64,000 bases of DNA from Escherichia coli. Its GTDB lineage: Bacteria > Pseudomonadota > Gammaproteobacteria > Enterobacterales > Enterobacteriaceae. This document shows, one piece after another, positions 38,656 through 52,213 of this stretch (positions within the stretch are counted from its first letter, which is position 1; the number at the start of each line of letters is the position of its first letter). The notes below the pieces were generated by a model, which saw nothing but the letters and a program-made list of their open reading frames with translations, did no database searches and was not told the origin of the DNA. The translations under genes were made by a program, and so were the position numbers. The stretch is from the NCBI RefSeq assembly GCF_003334785.1, contig NZ_QOWV01000002.1; one strand, given 5' to 3'.

Positions 38656-39198
38656 ATGGAACAGCGTCGTTTGGCAAGTACTGAATGGGTGGATATTGTC
38701 AATGAAGAGAACGAAGTCATTGCACAAGCCAGCCGGGAACAAATGCGGGCACAGTGTCTGCGTCATCGTGCAACTTACATCGTCGTGCATGATGGCATGG
38801 GCAAAATTCTGGTCCAGCGTCGTACCGAGACAAAAGACTTTTTACCCGGCATGTTAGATGCGACCGCAGGCGGTGTAGTCCAGGCCGATGAGCAACTGCT
38901 GGAATCCGCGCGTCGCGAAGCGGAAGAAGAGTTGGGCATTGCCGGTGTCCCCTTTGCCGAGCACGGGCAGTTCTATTTCGAAGATAAAAATTGCCGTGTC
39001 TGGGGCGCATTGTTCAGCTGCGTCTCTCACGGTCCCTTCGCACTACAGGAAGATGAAGTCAGTGAAGTTTGCTGGCTGACGCCGGAAGAAATCACCGCAC
39101 GCTGCGATGAGTTCACTCCAGACTCGCTGAAAGCGCTAGCGTTGTGGATGAAGCGCAATGCCAAAAATGAAGCCGTAGAGACTGAAACGGCAGAATGA
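38656..39198 (+). CDS. yfcD: Nudix hydrolase YfcD
   Basis: 180 aa with Nudix box GGx5Ex7REAxEELGI. Confidence 0.85.
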
Positions 39199-39230
39199 AA
39201 AAAGAGCCGCAATTGCGGCTCTTAACATTT

Positions 39231-40751
39231 TTAGTGGTAGCCCATCAACTGAGCGCCGATCACTACGACGCTGGACATAATAAACAGCAGTCCAAGTAGG
39301 GTCGCGCCCACCTTCAGCCAGTTACGGAAGTCCACCCTGCACACACCGAGCGTTGCCATTAACGACGCTGAGGTTGGGTAAATGATGTGACTGAAGCCAT
39401 CACCAAACTGGAACGCCAGCACGGTAACCTGACGGTTAACACCGACCAGATCGCCAAGCGGTGCCAGTAACGGCATGGTTAACGCCGCCTGACCAGAACC
39501 GGACGTCACGAAGAAATTAAATACCGCCTGGAAGAGCAACATAAACCAGGCCGCGACCGCGTTGTCCAGACCGCTAATGGCATTGGCAATGCTGTTGAGG
39601 ATGGTATTTAACACGCTGGCATCACCCGCTTCACCATTACCGACCAGCAGCAAAATCCCTTTGGCGAAACCCACCAGCAGGGCAGGGGCGATCATCATTC
39701 GCGCCCCTTCGGTAAAGGATGAAGCCATGGTATTAACCGTCATGCCGTTAAGGCGGAAAACAACGCCGATGATGCCAATCACCAGACCCATGGTGAAGAA
39801 CTGGCTGGCAATTTCTGGAATAAACCAGGCATTAACGATCACGCCCCAAATCACCCAGACCATTACGGCGGTCAGGACAATCAATACCAGCCAGTCACCA
39901 AAGGTAAACGGACGTTGTTCAACATCAGCCTGCTTTTCACGAAAGAAGCGGTCGGACTCATGCACGCGTGACAGAAGAGGATTCTTTTTCACTCGTGAGG
40001 CGTACACCATGGTAAAGATCAGGCCAATCAGAGTGGCGATAACCCACACCACGATGCGCAACCCGGAGCCAGAAAGCACCGGAACGCCGGCAATCCCCTG
40101 AGCAACGACCACACAAAACGGGTTCATCCACGAACTGGCAAAACCGATTTGCGTGGCAATATAGGTCACCAGGACGGTGGTAATACTGTCATAGCCCAGC
40201 CGGACCATTAGCGGTGCGATGATAATGGCAAAGGCGACGGCCTCTTCTCCCATACCAAATACCGCGCCGCCAAGTGAAAACAGAATAAACAGCGCAGGAA
40301 TAAAGAGAATTTCATTCCCGCGGGTATGGCGAATAAGCGCCAGGATACCGTTATCAATGGTTCCTGTACGCATCACAATGCCAAACGCGCCGCCAATCAC
40401 CAGCATAAACATGATGATGCCAACGGCTGTCCCGTATTTCGATCCTGAGGTTAATCCTTCAAACGGGAAGTTCATCAGGCCCGGGCGTTCATCGCCCGTC
40501 GTGAACAGCTGTACGCGGTGATACTCAGGTTCGCCTGCTTCGTTAGTCAGAATGCGAAATGAGTGTGGATCTACGACTTTGCGTGTTTTTGTTTGACCAT
40601 CAACCTGATACTGCACTTCCTGACTGTCAAACATCCCCACCGGAACTACCCAGGTGGCAAGGCTGGTTAAAATAGCAACAAAAAAGATAATCACCAACGT
40701 ATCGGGCATTGCCCATCTTCTTGTTGGTTTGGATTCAGTGATTGCGGACAT
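39231..40751 (-). CDS. yfcC: YfcC-family polytopic membrane transporter (DcuC-like fold)
   Basis: 506 aa from ATG at 40751 (MSAITESKPTRRW); the track ORF begins 7 codons upstream; multiple hydrophobic helices. Confidence 0.8.
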   Translation of the reverse strand: MSAITESKPTRRWAMPDTLVIIFFVAILTSLATWVVPVGMFDSQEVQYQVDGQTKTRKVVDPHSFRILTNEAGEPEYHRVQLFTTGDERPGLMNFPFEGLTSGSKYGTAVGIIMFMLVIGGAFGIVMRTGTIDNGILALIRHTRGNEILFIPALFILFSLGGAVFGMGEEAVAFAIIIAPLMVRLGYDSITTVLVTYIATQIGFASSWMNPFCVVVAQGIAGVPVLSGSGLRIVVWVIATLIGLIFTMVYASRVKKNPLLSRVHESDRFFREKQADVEQRPFTFGDWLVLIVLTAVMVWVIWGVIVNAWFIPEIASQFFTMGLVIGIIGVVFRLNGMTVNTMASSFTEGARMMIAPALLVGFAKGILLLVGNGEAGDASVLNTILNSIANAISGLDNAVAAWFMLLFQAVFNFFVTSGSGQAALTMPLLAPLGDLVGVNRQVTVLAFQFGDGFSHIIYPTSASLMATLGVCRVDFRNWLKVGATLLGLLFIMSSVVVIGAQLMGYH

Positions 40752-40871
40752 AGCGCAAATATTCCCTTGCACAAAACAAAGTGGTAAGTATGCAAAGTGG
40801 GATGGCGCAATTCATTGATGCAGCGCAGTTAAGCAAGATAATCAGAAAGGATTAATGCAAATTAAGAGAAT

Positions 40872-40903
40872 AAAAAACCGGAAATAGTGATTATTTCCGG
40901 TTC
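40872..40903 (-). terminator. rho-independent terminator of pta (minus strand)
   Basis: On the minus strand: AACCGGAAATA-ATCAC-TATTTCCGGTT followed by TTTTTT. Confidence 0.75.
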
Positions 40904-40940
40904 AGATATCCGCAGCGCAAAGCTGCGGATGATGACGAGA

Positions 40941-43085
40941 TTACTGCTGCTGTGCAGACTGAATCGCAGTCAGCGCGATGGTGTAGACGATATCGTCAAC
41001 CAGTGCGCCACGGGAAAGGTCGTTAACCGGCTTGCGCATACCCTGCAGCATCGGCCCGATGGAGATCAGGTCGGCAGAACGCTGTACCGCTTTGTAGGTG
41101 GTGTTACCGGTGTTCAGATCCGGGAAGATGAACACGGTAGCGCGACCTGCAACCGGAGAGTTCGGCGCTTTGGATTTCGCAACGTCAGCCATTACCGCAG
41201 CGTCGTACTGCAGCGGACCGTCGATCATCAGGTCAGGACGTTTTTCCTGCGCCAGACGAGTTGCTTCGCGAACTTTTTCTACGTCGCTACCTGCACCAGA
41301 AGTACCGGTGGAGTAGGAGAGCATAGCAACGCGCGGTTCGATACCGAAGGCCGCAGCGGAATCAGCGGACTGAATCGCGATTTCTGCCAGCTGTTCAGCG
41401 GTCGGATCCGGGTTGATCGCACAGTCACCGTAAACGTAAACCTGTTCCGGCAGCAGCATGAAGAACACGGAAGATACCAGGGAGCTGCCCGGTGCAGTTT
41501 TGATCAGCTGCAGCGGCGGACGGATGGTGTTTGCGGTAGTGTGAACAGCACCGGAAACCAGACCATCAACTTCATCCTGTTCCAGCATCAGCGTACCGAG
41601 CACCACGTTGTCTTCCAGCTGTTCGCGGGCAACGGTTTCGGTCATGCCTTTGTTCTTACGCAGTTCGACCAGACGACCAACATAGCTTTCGCGAACCACT
41701 TCTGGATCAACGATTTCAATCCCTGCACCCAGTTCTACACCCTGAGACGCTGCAACACGGTTGATCTCTGCCGGATTACCCAGCAGTACGCAAGTTGCGA
41801 TACCACGTTCAGCACAGATAGCGGCTGCTTTAACGGTACGCGGTTCGTCACCTTCCGGCAGTACGATACGTTTGCCCGCTTTGCGCGCAAGTTCAGTCAG
41901 CTGATAACGGAACGCAGGCGGAGACAGACGACGGCTGCGCTCAGAAGTGGCAGTCAGAGATTCGATCCAGTCAGCGTTGATGTAGTTAGCAACGTATTCC
42001 TGAACTTTCTCGATACGTTCGTGATCGTCAACCGGAACTTCCAGGTTGAAGCTCTGCAGGCTCAGAGAGGTCTGCCAGGTGTTGGTGTTCACCATAAATA
42101 CCGGCAGGCCGGTAGCGAAAGCACGTTCGCACAGTTTAGAAATGCGCGCGTCCATTTCGTAACCGCCAGTCAGCAGCAGGGCACCGATTTCTACGCCGTT
42201 CATGGCTGCCAGGCAAGCGGCCACCAGCACGTCAGGACGGTCTGCGGAAGTCACCAGCAGAGAACCGGCACGGAAGTGCTCCAGCATGTGCGGAATGCTG
42301 CGTGCGCAGAAAGTGACGGATTTAACGCGGCGAGTATTGATGTCGCCTTCGTTGATGATGGTCGCATTCAGGTGGCGAGCCATATCGATCGCACGAGTCG
42401 CGATCAGGTCAAAGCTCCACGGCACAGCGCCGAGAACCGGCAGCGGGCTGGATTCTTGCAGCTTCGCCGGATCAACATTGTTTACTTTAGCTTTGGAAGA
42501 GTCGTCGAAAATCTCGGACAGATCCGGGCGAGTACGACCCTGTTCATCAACCGGTGCGTTCAGTTTGTTAACGATAACGCCGGTGATGTTGGTGTTTTTG
42601 GCACCGCCGAAGCTGTTGCGGGTCAGTTCGATACGCTCTTTCAGCTGTTCCGGGGTGTCAGTGCCCTGAGACATAACGAAGACGATTTCCGCATTCAGCG
42701 TTTTAGCGATTTCGTAGTTCAGAGACTGGGCAAACTGGTGCTTACGTGTCGGGACCAGACCTTCAACCAGAACGACTTCAGCGTCTTTGGTGTTAGCGTG
42801 GTAGTTTGCGACGATCTCTTCCATCAGCACATCTTTCTGATTGCTGGAAAGCAGACCTTCAACGTAGCTCATTTTCAGCGGTTCAGCGGCCGTCGTGGTG
42901 GAAGAGTTCGCACGCACGATAGTCGTAGTCTGATCGGGCGCATCGCCACCGGTACGCGGCTGAGCGATAGGTTTGAAAACGCTCAGACGAACGCCTTTGC
43001 GTTCCATTGCACGGATCACGCCAAGGCTGACGCTGGTCAGACCGACGCTGGTTCCGGTAGGGATCAGCATAATAATACGGGACAC
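40941..43085 (-). CDS. pta: phosphate acetyltransferase
   Basis: 714 aa, GTG start; N-terminal DRTGG/CobB-like region plus C-terminal PTA domain. Confidence 0.95.
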
Positions 43086-43159
43086 GGTTTATCCTCTTTC
43101 GTTACCGCCGATTTGGCGGGTTACAAAACAGCACCGCCAGCTGAGCTGGCGGTGTGAAA

Positions 43160-44362
43160 TCAGGCAGTCAGGCGGCTCGCGTCTTGCGCGATAACCAGTT
43201 CTTCGTTGGTTGGGATAACCACCGCAGGACGGGTACCTTCTTTGTTGATGAAACCAGATTTGCCGAAACGTGCAGCCAGGTTGCGTTCATGATCAACTTC
43301 AAAGCCCAGCACGCCCAGTTTGCCCAGAGACAGTTCACGAACCATTGCGGCATTTTCACCGATACCACCAGTGAATACAACAGCGTCCAGACGACCATCC
43401 ATCAGCGCAGTGTAGGCACCGATGTATTTCGCCAGGCGGTGGCAGTAAACGTCCATTGCGCGCTTCGCGTCTTCTTTCGTCGCGTAGTTGTCTTCAACAT
43501 AGCGGCAGTCGCTGGTCACTTCGGTCAGACCCAGCAGGCCAGACTCTTTGGTCAGCAGTTTGTTGATTGCGTCAACGCTCATGCCCAGGGTGTCGTGCAG
43601 GTGGAAGATGATCGCCGGATCGATATCACCAGAACGGGTACCCATGACCAGACCTTCCAGCGGGGTCAGGCCCATAGAGGTGTCAACGCATTTACCGTTG
43701 CGGATAGCAGAAACGGAACCACCGTTGCCCAGGTGGCAGGTGATGATGTTCAGTTCTTCTACCGGTTTGTTCAGCATTTTTGCCGCTTCCTGGGTTACAT
43801 AGAAGTGGCTGGTGCCGTGCGCGCCGTAACGACGGATGCCGTGCTCTTTGTACAGGTTGTAAGGCAGGGCGTAGAGGTAAGACTCTTCCGGCATAGTCTG
43901 GTGGAACGCGGTGTCAAATACAGCAACGTTTTTGTCTTTCAGCTGTGGGAAAGATTTCAGAGCTTCTTCGATACCGATCAGGTGAGCCGGGTTGTGCAGC
44001 GGTGCAAAAGAAGCTGCATCTTTGATACCCTGAATAACAGACTCATCGATCACTACGGAGCTGGTATACTTTTCGCCGCCGTGTACGATACGGTGACCGA
44101 TAGCAGTCAGCTGCGCAGACAGTTCTGGTTTTTGTGCCAGAATAGTATTAACGATAAAGTTGAGCGCTTCGCTGTGAGCGGCGCCTGCACCTAAAGCCGC
44201 TTCCTGTTTATTGCCGTCCATTTTCCATTTGATACGTGCTTCGGGCAGGTGGAAACATTCGGCTAAACCAGAAAGGTACTCTTCACCATTTACTGCATCG
44301 ATGATGGCAAATTTCAGTGAAGAACTACCGCAGTTCAGAACCAGTACTAACTTACTCGACAT
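43160..44362 (-). CDS. ackA: acetate kinase
   Basis: 400-aa product [23 protein letters not shown]; 74 bp upstream of pta on the same strand. Confidence 0.95.
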   Translation of the reverse strand: MSSKLVLVLNCGSSSLKFAIIDAVNGEEYLSGLAECFHLPEARIKWKMDGNKQEAALGAGAAHSEALNFIVNTILAQKPELSAQLTAIGHRIVHGGEKYTSSVVIDESVIQGIKDAASFAPLHNPAHLIGIEEALKSFPQLKDKNVAVFDTAFHQTMPEESYLYALPYNLYKEHGIRRYGAHGTSHFYVTQEAAKMLNKPVEELNIITCHLGNGGSVSAIRNGKCVDTSMGLTPLEGLVMGTRSGDIDPAIIFHLHDTLGMSVDAINKLLTKESGLLGLTEVTSDCRYVEDNYATKEDAKRAMDVYCHRLAKYIGAYTALMDGRLDAVVFTGGIGENAAMVRELSLGKLGVLGFEVDHERNLAARFGKSGFINKEGTRPAVVIPTNEELVIAQDASRLTA

Positions 44363-44420
44363 GGAAGTACCTATAATTGATACGTGGCTAAAAAAACGTC
44401 AGGGAGCCATAGAGCGTAGC

Positions 44421-44480
44421 GCATGATGACACCGACATTTATGATTAACATCATGCACTGCAAATTTTTTTTGCATGATG
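44421..44480. promoter_or_regulatory. GCATGATG motif present three times (forward 44421, reverse complement 44449, forward 44473) in the ackA/yfbV divergent region
   Basis: Read directly; 8-bp arms with a 20-bp spacer form an inverted repeat 59-118 bp upstream of the ackA start. Confidence 0.4.
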
Positions 44481-44699
44481 GAAGAAATATCTTGAGTCTA
44501 TGCCATTTTGCGTAATTTTCAGCCAATGGCATAATGTATATGAATTTGACGACTCAATGAATATGTACTACTTAGGCCTTCAGGCTGCTAAAGGATACCT
44601 GATAGTGGGTATGGAAGACAAAATGTTTTGAACGTTGTCCCGCTGAGTTGTGAATTTGCACAAATTTTTGAATCTTTATATGTGAAGTTGAGGTGAAGC

Positions 44700-45155
44700 A
44701 TGTCAACGCCGGATAATCGTTCTGTTAATTTTTTTAGCTTGTTTCGCCGGGGACAGCATTACTCAAAGACGTGGCCGCTGGAAAAACGCCTTGCCCCGGT
44801 CTTTGTCGAAAATCGCGTTATCAAGATGACGCGTTATGCGATCCGTTTTATGCCGCCGATCGCCGTATTTACTCTCTGCTGGCAGATTGCCCTGGGCGGT
44901 CAGCTTGGGCCGGCAGTTGCCACTGCCCTGTTCGCCTTAAGTTTACCCATGCAGGGATTGTGGTGGCTGGGCAAGCGTTCTGTCACGCCATTACCCCCTG
45001 CAATCCTTAACTGGTTTTATGAAGTTCGCGGTAAATTGCAGGAGTCTGGACAGGTGTTGGCACCCGTTGAAGGCAAGCCTGATTACCAGGCATTAGCTGA
45101 CACGCTTAAGCGCGCCTTCAAACAACTGGATAAAACTTTCCTTGATGATTTGTAA
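44700..45155 (+). CDS. yfbV: UPF0208-family inner-membrane protein YfbV
   Basis: 151-aa product with two hydrophobic helices. Confidence 0.8.
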
Positions 45156-45159
45156 TTGA

Positions 45160-45732
<573 letters not shown>

Positions 45733-45742
45733 GGAGGCCCGC

Positions 45743-46393
45743 GTGCGGTGCAAAGGTTTTCTGTTTGATCTTGATGGAACGCTGGTGGATTCCCTGCCTG
45801 CGGTAGAACGGGCGTGGAGCAACTGGGCCAGACGTCATGGGTTAGCGCCGGAAGAGGTGCTGGCTTTCATTCACGGTAAACAGGCGATCACCTCTCTGCG
45901 CCATTTTATGGCGGGCAAATCCGAGGCTGATATTGCCGCCGAGTTTACGCGTCTGGAGCACATCGAGGCCACGGAAACCGAAGGTATTACCGCGCTTCCG
46001 GGGGCAATCGCCTTACTCAGTCATTTGAATAAAGCAGGTATTCCGTGGGCCATTGTGACTTCTGGCTCCATGCCGGTAGCGCGAGCGCGCCATAAAATAG
46101 CTGGGCTTCCCGCACCAGAGGTGTTTGTAACCGCTGAGCGAGTGAAGCGCGGAAAACCAGAACCTGATGCGTATCTGTTAGGCGCGCAGCTGCTGGGGCT
46201 TGCGCCGCAGGAGTGTGTGGTGGTGGAAGATGCTCCCGCTGGCGTGCTTTCTGGCCTGGCGGCGGGTTGTCATGTCATTGCGGTTAACGCTCCGGCAGAT
46301 ACCCCGCGCCTGAATGAGGTCGATTTGGTCCTCCACAGTCTGGAGCAAATTACTGTGACCAAACAGCCAAATGGCGATGTTATTATTCAGTGA
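45743..46393 (+). CDS. yfbT: HAD-superfamily sugar-phosphate phosphatase YfbT
   Basis: 216 aa from GTG 45743 (GAGGAG RBS); HAD motif I FLFDLDGTLVDS. Confidence 0.8.
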   Translation: MRCKGFLFDLDGTLVDSLPAVERAWSNWARRHGLAPEEVLAFIHGKQAITSLRHFMAGKSEADIAAEFTRLEHIEATETEGITALPGAIALLSHLNKAGIPWAIVTSGSMPVARARHKIAGLPAPEVFVTAERVKRGKPEPDAYLLGAQLLGLAPQECVVVEDAPAGVLSGLAAGCHVIAVNAPADTPRLNEVDLVLHSLEQITVTKQPNGDVIIQ

Positions 46394-46411
46394 AACACCT
46401 GATCATGATTT

Positions 46412-46437
46412 AGCCCCGTCTCGTCGGGGCTTTTTTA
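46412..46437 (+). terminator. rho-independent terminator after yfbT
   Basis: AGCCCCG-TCTCGT-CGGGGCT followed by TTTTTT. Confidence 0.8.
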
Positions 46438-46479
46438 TGGCAGAATCAAGTCATCCCCCTCAATTAACAAGGATAAGTT

Positions 46480-48312
46480 GTGAACGGTGAATTGATTTGG
46501 GTTCTTTCATTACTGGCCGTTGCCATCGTCTTGTTTGCGACGGGCAGAGTGCGTATGGATGCGGTCGCTTTGTTTGTTATTGTCGCGTTTGCATTAAGCG
46601 GAACGCTGACAGTCCCAGAAGTATTTTCCGGCTTTTCTGATCCTAACGTTGTCCTGATTGCCGCCTTGTTTATTATTGGCGATGGTTTGGTCCGTACCGG
46701 TGTTGCCACCGTAATGGGAACATGGCTGGTCAAAGTTGCGGGCAATAGTGAAATCAAAATGTTGGTTTTGTTGATGCTGACCGTCGCGGGGCTTGGCGCG
46801 TTTATGAGTTCAACCGGCGTTGTCGCTATCTTTATTCCCGTGGTGTTAAGCGTTGCCATGCGTATGCAAACGTCGCCGTCACGTCTGATGATGCCGTTAA
46901 GTTTTGCCGGGCTGATTAGCGGCATGATGACGCTGGTGGCGACGCCGCCGAACCTGGTAGTCAACAGTGAATTGCTGCGTGAAGGCTATCACGGCTTCAG
47001 TTTCTTTAGCGTAACACCTATTGGCCTGGTCGTGCTGGTGCTGGGTATTTTGTATATGTTAGTGATGCGTTTCATGCTGAAAGGGGATACCCAGACCCCG
47101 CAGCGCGAAGGCTGGACGCGTCGAACCTTTCGCGATCTTATCCGTGAATATCGACTGACCGGGCGTGCGCGACGTCTGGCTATTCGCCCCGGATCGCCAA
47201 TGATTGGTCAACGGCTGGATGATCTCAAATTACGTGAGCGTTATGGCGCTAACGTCATCGGTGTTGAACGCTGGCGGCGTTTTCGTCGCGTTATCGTGAA
47301 CGTTAATGGGGTTTCTGAATTTCGCGCGCGTGACGTTTTGCTTATTGATATGTCTGCGGCTGATGTCGATCTCCGGCAATTTTGTAGTGAGCAATTGCTG
47401 GAGCCGATGGTACTGCGCGGCGAGTATTTTTCTGACCAGGCCCTTGATGTGGGCATGGCAGAGATTTCATTAATTCCTGAGTCAGAACTGATTGGTAAAT
47501 CGGTGCGCGAAATTGGTTTTCGTACCCGCTACGGACTGAATGTGGTGGGGCTAAAGCGCAATGGCGTGGCGCTGGAAGGTTCGCTGGCGGATGAGCCTCT
47601 GCTGCTGGGCGATATCATCCTGGTTGTGGGTAACTGGAAACTGATCGGTATGCTGGCCAAACAGGGCCGCGACTTCGTAGCGCTGAACTTACCGGAAGAG
47701 GTGAGTGAAGCATCACCCGCGCACAGCCAGGCACCCCATGCCATTTTCTGTCTGGTGCTAATGGTGGCGTTAATGCTGACAGATGAAATTCCTAATCCTG
47801 TTGCCGCTATCATCGCCTGCCTGCTGATGGGGAAATTCCGCTGTATAGATGCTGAAAGCGCCTATAAATCCATTCACTGGCCGAGCATTATTTTGATCGT
47901 TGGGATGATGCCGTTTGCTGTGGCATTACAGAAAACGGGAGGTGTCGCGCTGGCGGTGAAAGGGCTGATGGACATTGGCGGTGGTTACGGGCCACATATG
48001 ATGCTGGGGTGTTTGTTTGTCTTGTCGGCGGTTATTGGGCTATTTATCTCTAATACCGCGACGGCGGTGTTGATGGCTCCGATTGCGCTGGCTGCTGCCA
48101 AAACGATGGGGGTGTCGCCTTATCCATTCGCGATGGTCGTGGCGATGGCAGCATCCGCCGCCTTTATGACACCGGTTTCTTCACCTGTTAACACACTGGT
48201 TTTAGGTCCGGGAAATTACAGCTTCAGTGACTTTGTGAAGTTGGGGGTACCGTTCACCATTATCGTGATGGCGGTTTGTGTGGTGATGATCCCGATGCTG
48301 TTTCCGTTTTGA
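46480..48312 (+). CDS. yfbS: ion-transporter-superfamily membrane protein with two central RCK_C/TrkA_C-like domains
   Basis: 610 aa, GTG start; two hydrophobic halves separated by about 200 aa of soluble sequence. Confidence 0.85.
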
Positions 48313-48317
48313 CAAGA

Positions 48318-48362
48318 GCCTGATGTCGCATCCGGCGCTTATTGCCTGATGCGACGCAGACT
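48318..48362. repeat. REP-like element between convergent yfbS and yfbR
   Basis: GCCTGATGTCGCATCCGGCGCTTATTGCCTGATGCGACGC read directly. Confidence 0.6.
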
Positions 48363-48370
48363 CCGGCTGC

Positions 48371-48970
48371 TTACAGCGGTGAATCCTGGCTAATCTCATC
48401 GAGCGAAAGATGGAAGCTGGGAACAAATATTTCCATGAAGTAGTCCATCTCCTGGCTGCGACGCGCTTCAAGCGTCGCTTCCAGTCGCGTTTTTGCCAGC
48501 AAGAATTCATTATTTCCGGCCGCGAGTTCTTCCAGACATTTCAGATATGCACACAGTGCATCTGCCTGTTTCACCAGCGATTTTTCTTCATCGCTATATG
48601 CATGCTCGTCAATTAACGGCGCAAAGATATCCCGCAGCTCTTCCGGAACCATATCGACCAGTTTTTGCTGAGCGATTTTTTCAATAGCCTTGTACTCCTG
48701 AGCGATTTGCGAATTGAAGTATTTCACCGGAGTAGGGAGATCGCCGGTGAGCACTTCTGAGGCATCGTGGTACATCGCCAGTAAAGCGATACGTTCGGCG
48801 TTGACATTACCGCCAAATTTTCGATTTTTGATAGCTGCCAGCGCATGGGCGACCATCGCTACCTGCAAACTGTGTTCGGACACATTTTCCGTCCGCACGT
48901 TGCGCATGAGCGGCCAGCGGTTAATGAGTTTCAGGCGGGAGAGATGGGCAAAAAAATGGCTCTGTTTCAT
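48371..48970 (-). CDS. yfbR: HD-domain 5'-deoxynucleotidase YfbR
   Basis: 199 aa with HD motif (HSLQVA...HDASE). Confidence 0.85.
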   Translation of the reverse strand: MKQSHFFAHLSRLKLINRWPLMRNVRTENVSEHSLQVAMVAHALAAIKNRKFGGNVNAERIALLAMYHDASEVLTGDLPTPVKYFNSQIAQEYKAIEKIAQQKLVDMVPEELRDIFAPLIDEHAYSDEEKSLVKQADALCAYLKCLEELAAGNNEFLLAKTRLEATLEARRSQEMDYFMEIFVPSFHLSLDEISQDSPL

Positions 48971-49053
48971 AGTGACCTTACGTATGATGACATCATCAGG
49001 TCATTGTGGCGGGATAACGCTGCCGGATGCAATCTCCGGCAGTGAAATTAAGA

Positions 49054-50271
49054 TTACAGCTGATGATAACCAGAAAGGAAACGCGCGAACTTGCTCAAAG
49101 ACAGCTCGATATCATCGACACGCGGTAGCGTGACAATGCGGAAGTGATCCGGCCACGGCCAGTTGAATGCCGTCCCTTGCACCAACAGAACTTTTTCCTG
49201 CAACAGGAAATCCAGCACCATTTTCTGATCGTCGTGAATGTTAAAGCGTTTGGCGTCGATTTTCGGGAACATATACAGCGCACCACGAGGTTTCACGCAG
49301 GAAACGCCCGGAATATCGTTGATCAGTTCCCACGCGCGGTTACGCTGCTCATAAAGACGACCGCCAGGGGTAATAAATTCACTGATGCTCTGATAACCAC
49401 CTAGCGCGGTCTGAATGGCGTGTTGCGCAGGAACGTTAGCACACAGGCGCATTGAAGCCAGCATTTCCAGACCTTCGATGTAGCCTTTGGCGTGTTTTTT
49501 CGGCCCGTTCAACACCATCCACCCCTGACGGAAGCCTGCAACGCGGTACGTTTTCGACAGTCCGTTAAAGGTAATGGTCAGCAGGTCAGGTGCCAGCGGC
49601 GCAATTGAGTGATGCTCAGCGTCGTCGTAGAGAATTTTGTCATAAATTTCATCGGCGAAGATAATGAGATTATGCTGACGTGCAATCTCCACAATCTCCA
49701 TTAAAAGCTCTTTGGAATATACCGCGCCGGTTGGGTTATTTGGGTTGATAATAACGATCCCACGCGTACGAGGCGTAATTTTAGCGCGAATATCATCGAG
49801 GTCCGGGAACCAGTCAGAGGATTCATCGCAAAGATAATGCACCGCTTTACCGCTGGAAAGCGAAACCGCCGCGGTCCAGAGTGGGTAATCTGGTGCAGGA
49901 ACCAACATTTCGTCCCCGCTGTTCAGCAATGCCTGCATTGCCTGAACGATAAGCTCCGATACACCATTGCCGATGTAAATATCTTCCACGGTAACATCAC
50001 GCATGCCACGAGCCTGGTAGTGCTGCATGATGGCTTTACGCGCGGAGTAAAGACCTTTGGAATCGCAATACCCTTGAGCGGTAGGCAGGTTGCGTATCAC
50101 GTCAACGAGGATTTCATCTGGCGCGTCAAAACCGAACGGGGCTGGGTTGCCGATGTTCAGTTTCAGTACCTTGTTACCTTCTTCTTCCAGGCGTTTTGCT
50201 TCTTTCAGCACCGGACCACGGATGTCATAACAGACATTCTCTAATTTGCTGGATTTTTCAATGGGGGACAT
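49054..50271 (-). CDS. alaA: glutamate-pyruvate aminotransferase AlaA
   Basis: 405-aa class I/II PLP aminotransferase with SKTY PLP-lysine region. Confidence 0.9.
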   Translation of the reverse strand: MSPIEKSSKLENVCYDIRGPVLKEAKRLEEEGNKVLKLNIGNPAPFGFDAPDEILVDVIRNLPTAQGYCDSKGLYSARKAIMQHYQARGMRDVTVEDIYIGNGVSELIVQAMQALLNSGDEMLVPAPDYPLWTAAVSLSSGKAVHYLCDESSDWFPDLDDIRAKITPRTRGIVIINPNNPTGAVYSKELLMEIVEIARQHNLIIFADEIYDKILYDDAEHHSIAPLAPDLLTITFNGLSKTYRVAGFRQGWMVLNGPKKHAKGYIEGLEMLASMRLCANVPAQHAIQTALGGYQSISEFITPGGRLYEQRNRAWELINDIPGVSCVKPRGALYMFPKIDAKRFNIHDDQKMVLDFLLQEKVLLVQGTAFNWPWPDHFRIVTLPRVDDIELSLSKFARFLSGYHQL

Positions 50272-51187
50272 GAATCTTGACCTTTTTTGCTGTTATCGCC
50301 ACTCCCTGCCGTGGAAGTCAGCTTAGAACAATGTACTCCCCCAGGACGGTGTTTTGAAGGTCTGCAGAATAAGATTTTGCCAGAGGGGAAGGCTCGATTG
50401 TGCTGTTAATAACTTAATAATGACAAAATAATGAGGTGTATATGCTTTACATGCAATGTTATATAGTGAATTGTTCTGATTCTTAATTGTAAGTCTGGTT
50501 TTTTTATCTGTAAGATAATTGTGTGAAAATGCCTCATTTAAGAATTCACTAATGAAACGCGATGATGATATTTCCTCATTACGGAGAGTTTAACTGCGTG
50601 ATGATTTCCGAGGTGTCGCAATGGGGGCAAGGTGTGAAACTATTGTTAAGCGGAATTAATGAATGAGGATGATGCTAATTAATTATTATTTAATATTCAA
50701 AAAGGTTTTGATGTGCTTATTAATAATAGAAGATTACTTTGCCTAACATAACATAACTTTGCATCAGATAATTCGCAATGACCCTTATAAATAAAAGGTT
50801 TTTGGGGTAAAATGCTCGGATAAATGACGGATCCCTGCTCTTGATGCCGCCTCACCATTGCTGTTGGTACGTGTTCGCGTATGACCAGCGATGCTGCACG
50901 AGAGTGGAACAAGGACTCACATTTACATTTATACAAACACGCGCATGTCATAAATAGAAAAGAGTGAGTAACTTAATAGATATGCGATCCCTGAAGATAT
51001 ATTCTGTGATCTACTTCAGGCATTATAACGGAACAATGTGAGTCGCTTTTTTAGTGCAACTCATATGCATTTTTACTTTCGTCCGGGTTCCGGATGAAAC
51101 TGCCAGGGAGGCACATTACAAATGGAATTGCTTGTTTGTGTGTGCACAGCATTAACCAGCTCAGTATGAGCCGCCAGTAAGTGATAA

Positions 51188-52129
<942 letters not shown>

Positions 52130-52174
52130 TCGACGGACGATAGATAATTCCTGAGACAATAGTGTAAAAAACGA

Positions 52175-52213
52175 GCCGCTGGGGGTGTTTTAAACCCCAG
52201 CGGCTTTTTTTTA
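52175..52213 (+). terminator. rho-independent terminator of lrhA
   Basis: GCCGCTGGGG-10 nt-CCCCAGCGGC followed by TTTTTTTT. Confidence 0.85.

Noticed and set aside
40887..43157. 756-aa ORF on the + strand, longer than pta itself
   Set aside because: Lies entirely antisense to pta, which has a recognisable product and GTG start; no RBS, and the product is a low-complexity Arg/Gln/Thr-rich translation typical of a shadow ORF.
43154..44194. 346-aa ORF on the + strand
   Set aside because: Antisense to ackA; shadow ORF.
50697..50951. 84-aa ORF in the alaA-lrhA intergenic region
   Set aside because: AT-rich composition, no RBS, Cys/Lys-rich translation; chance ORF in AT-rich DNA. Other short ORFs at 51073-51373 and 52350-52532 were rejected for the same reasons.
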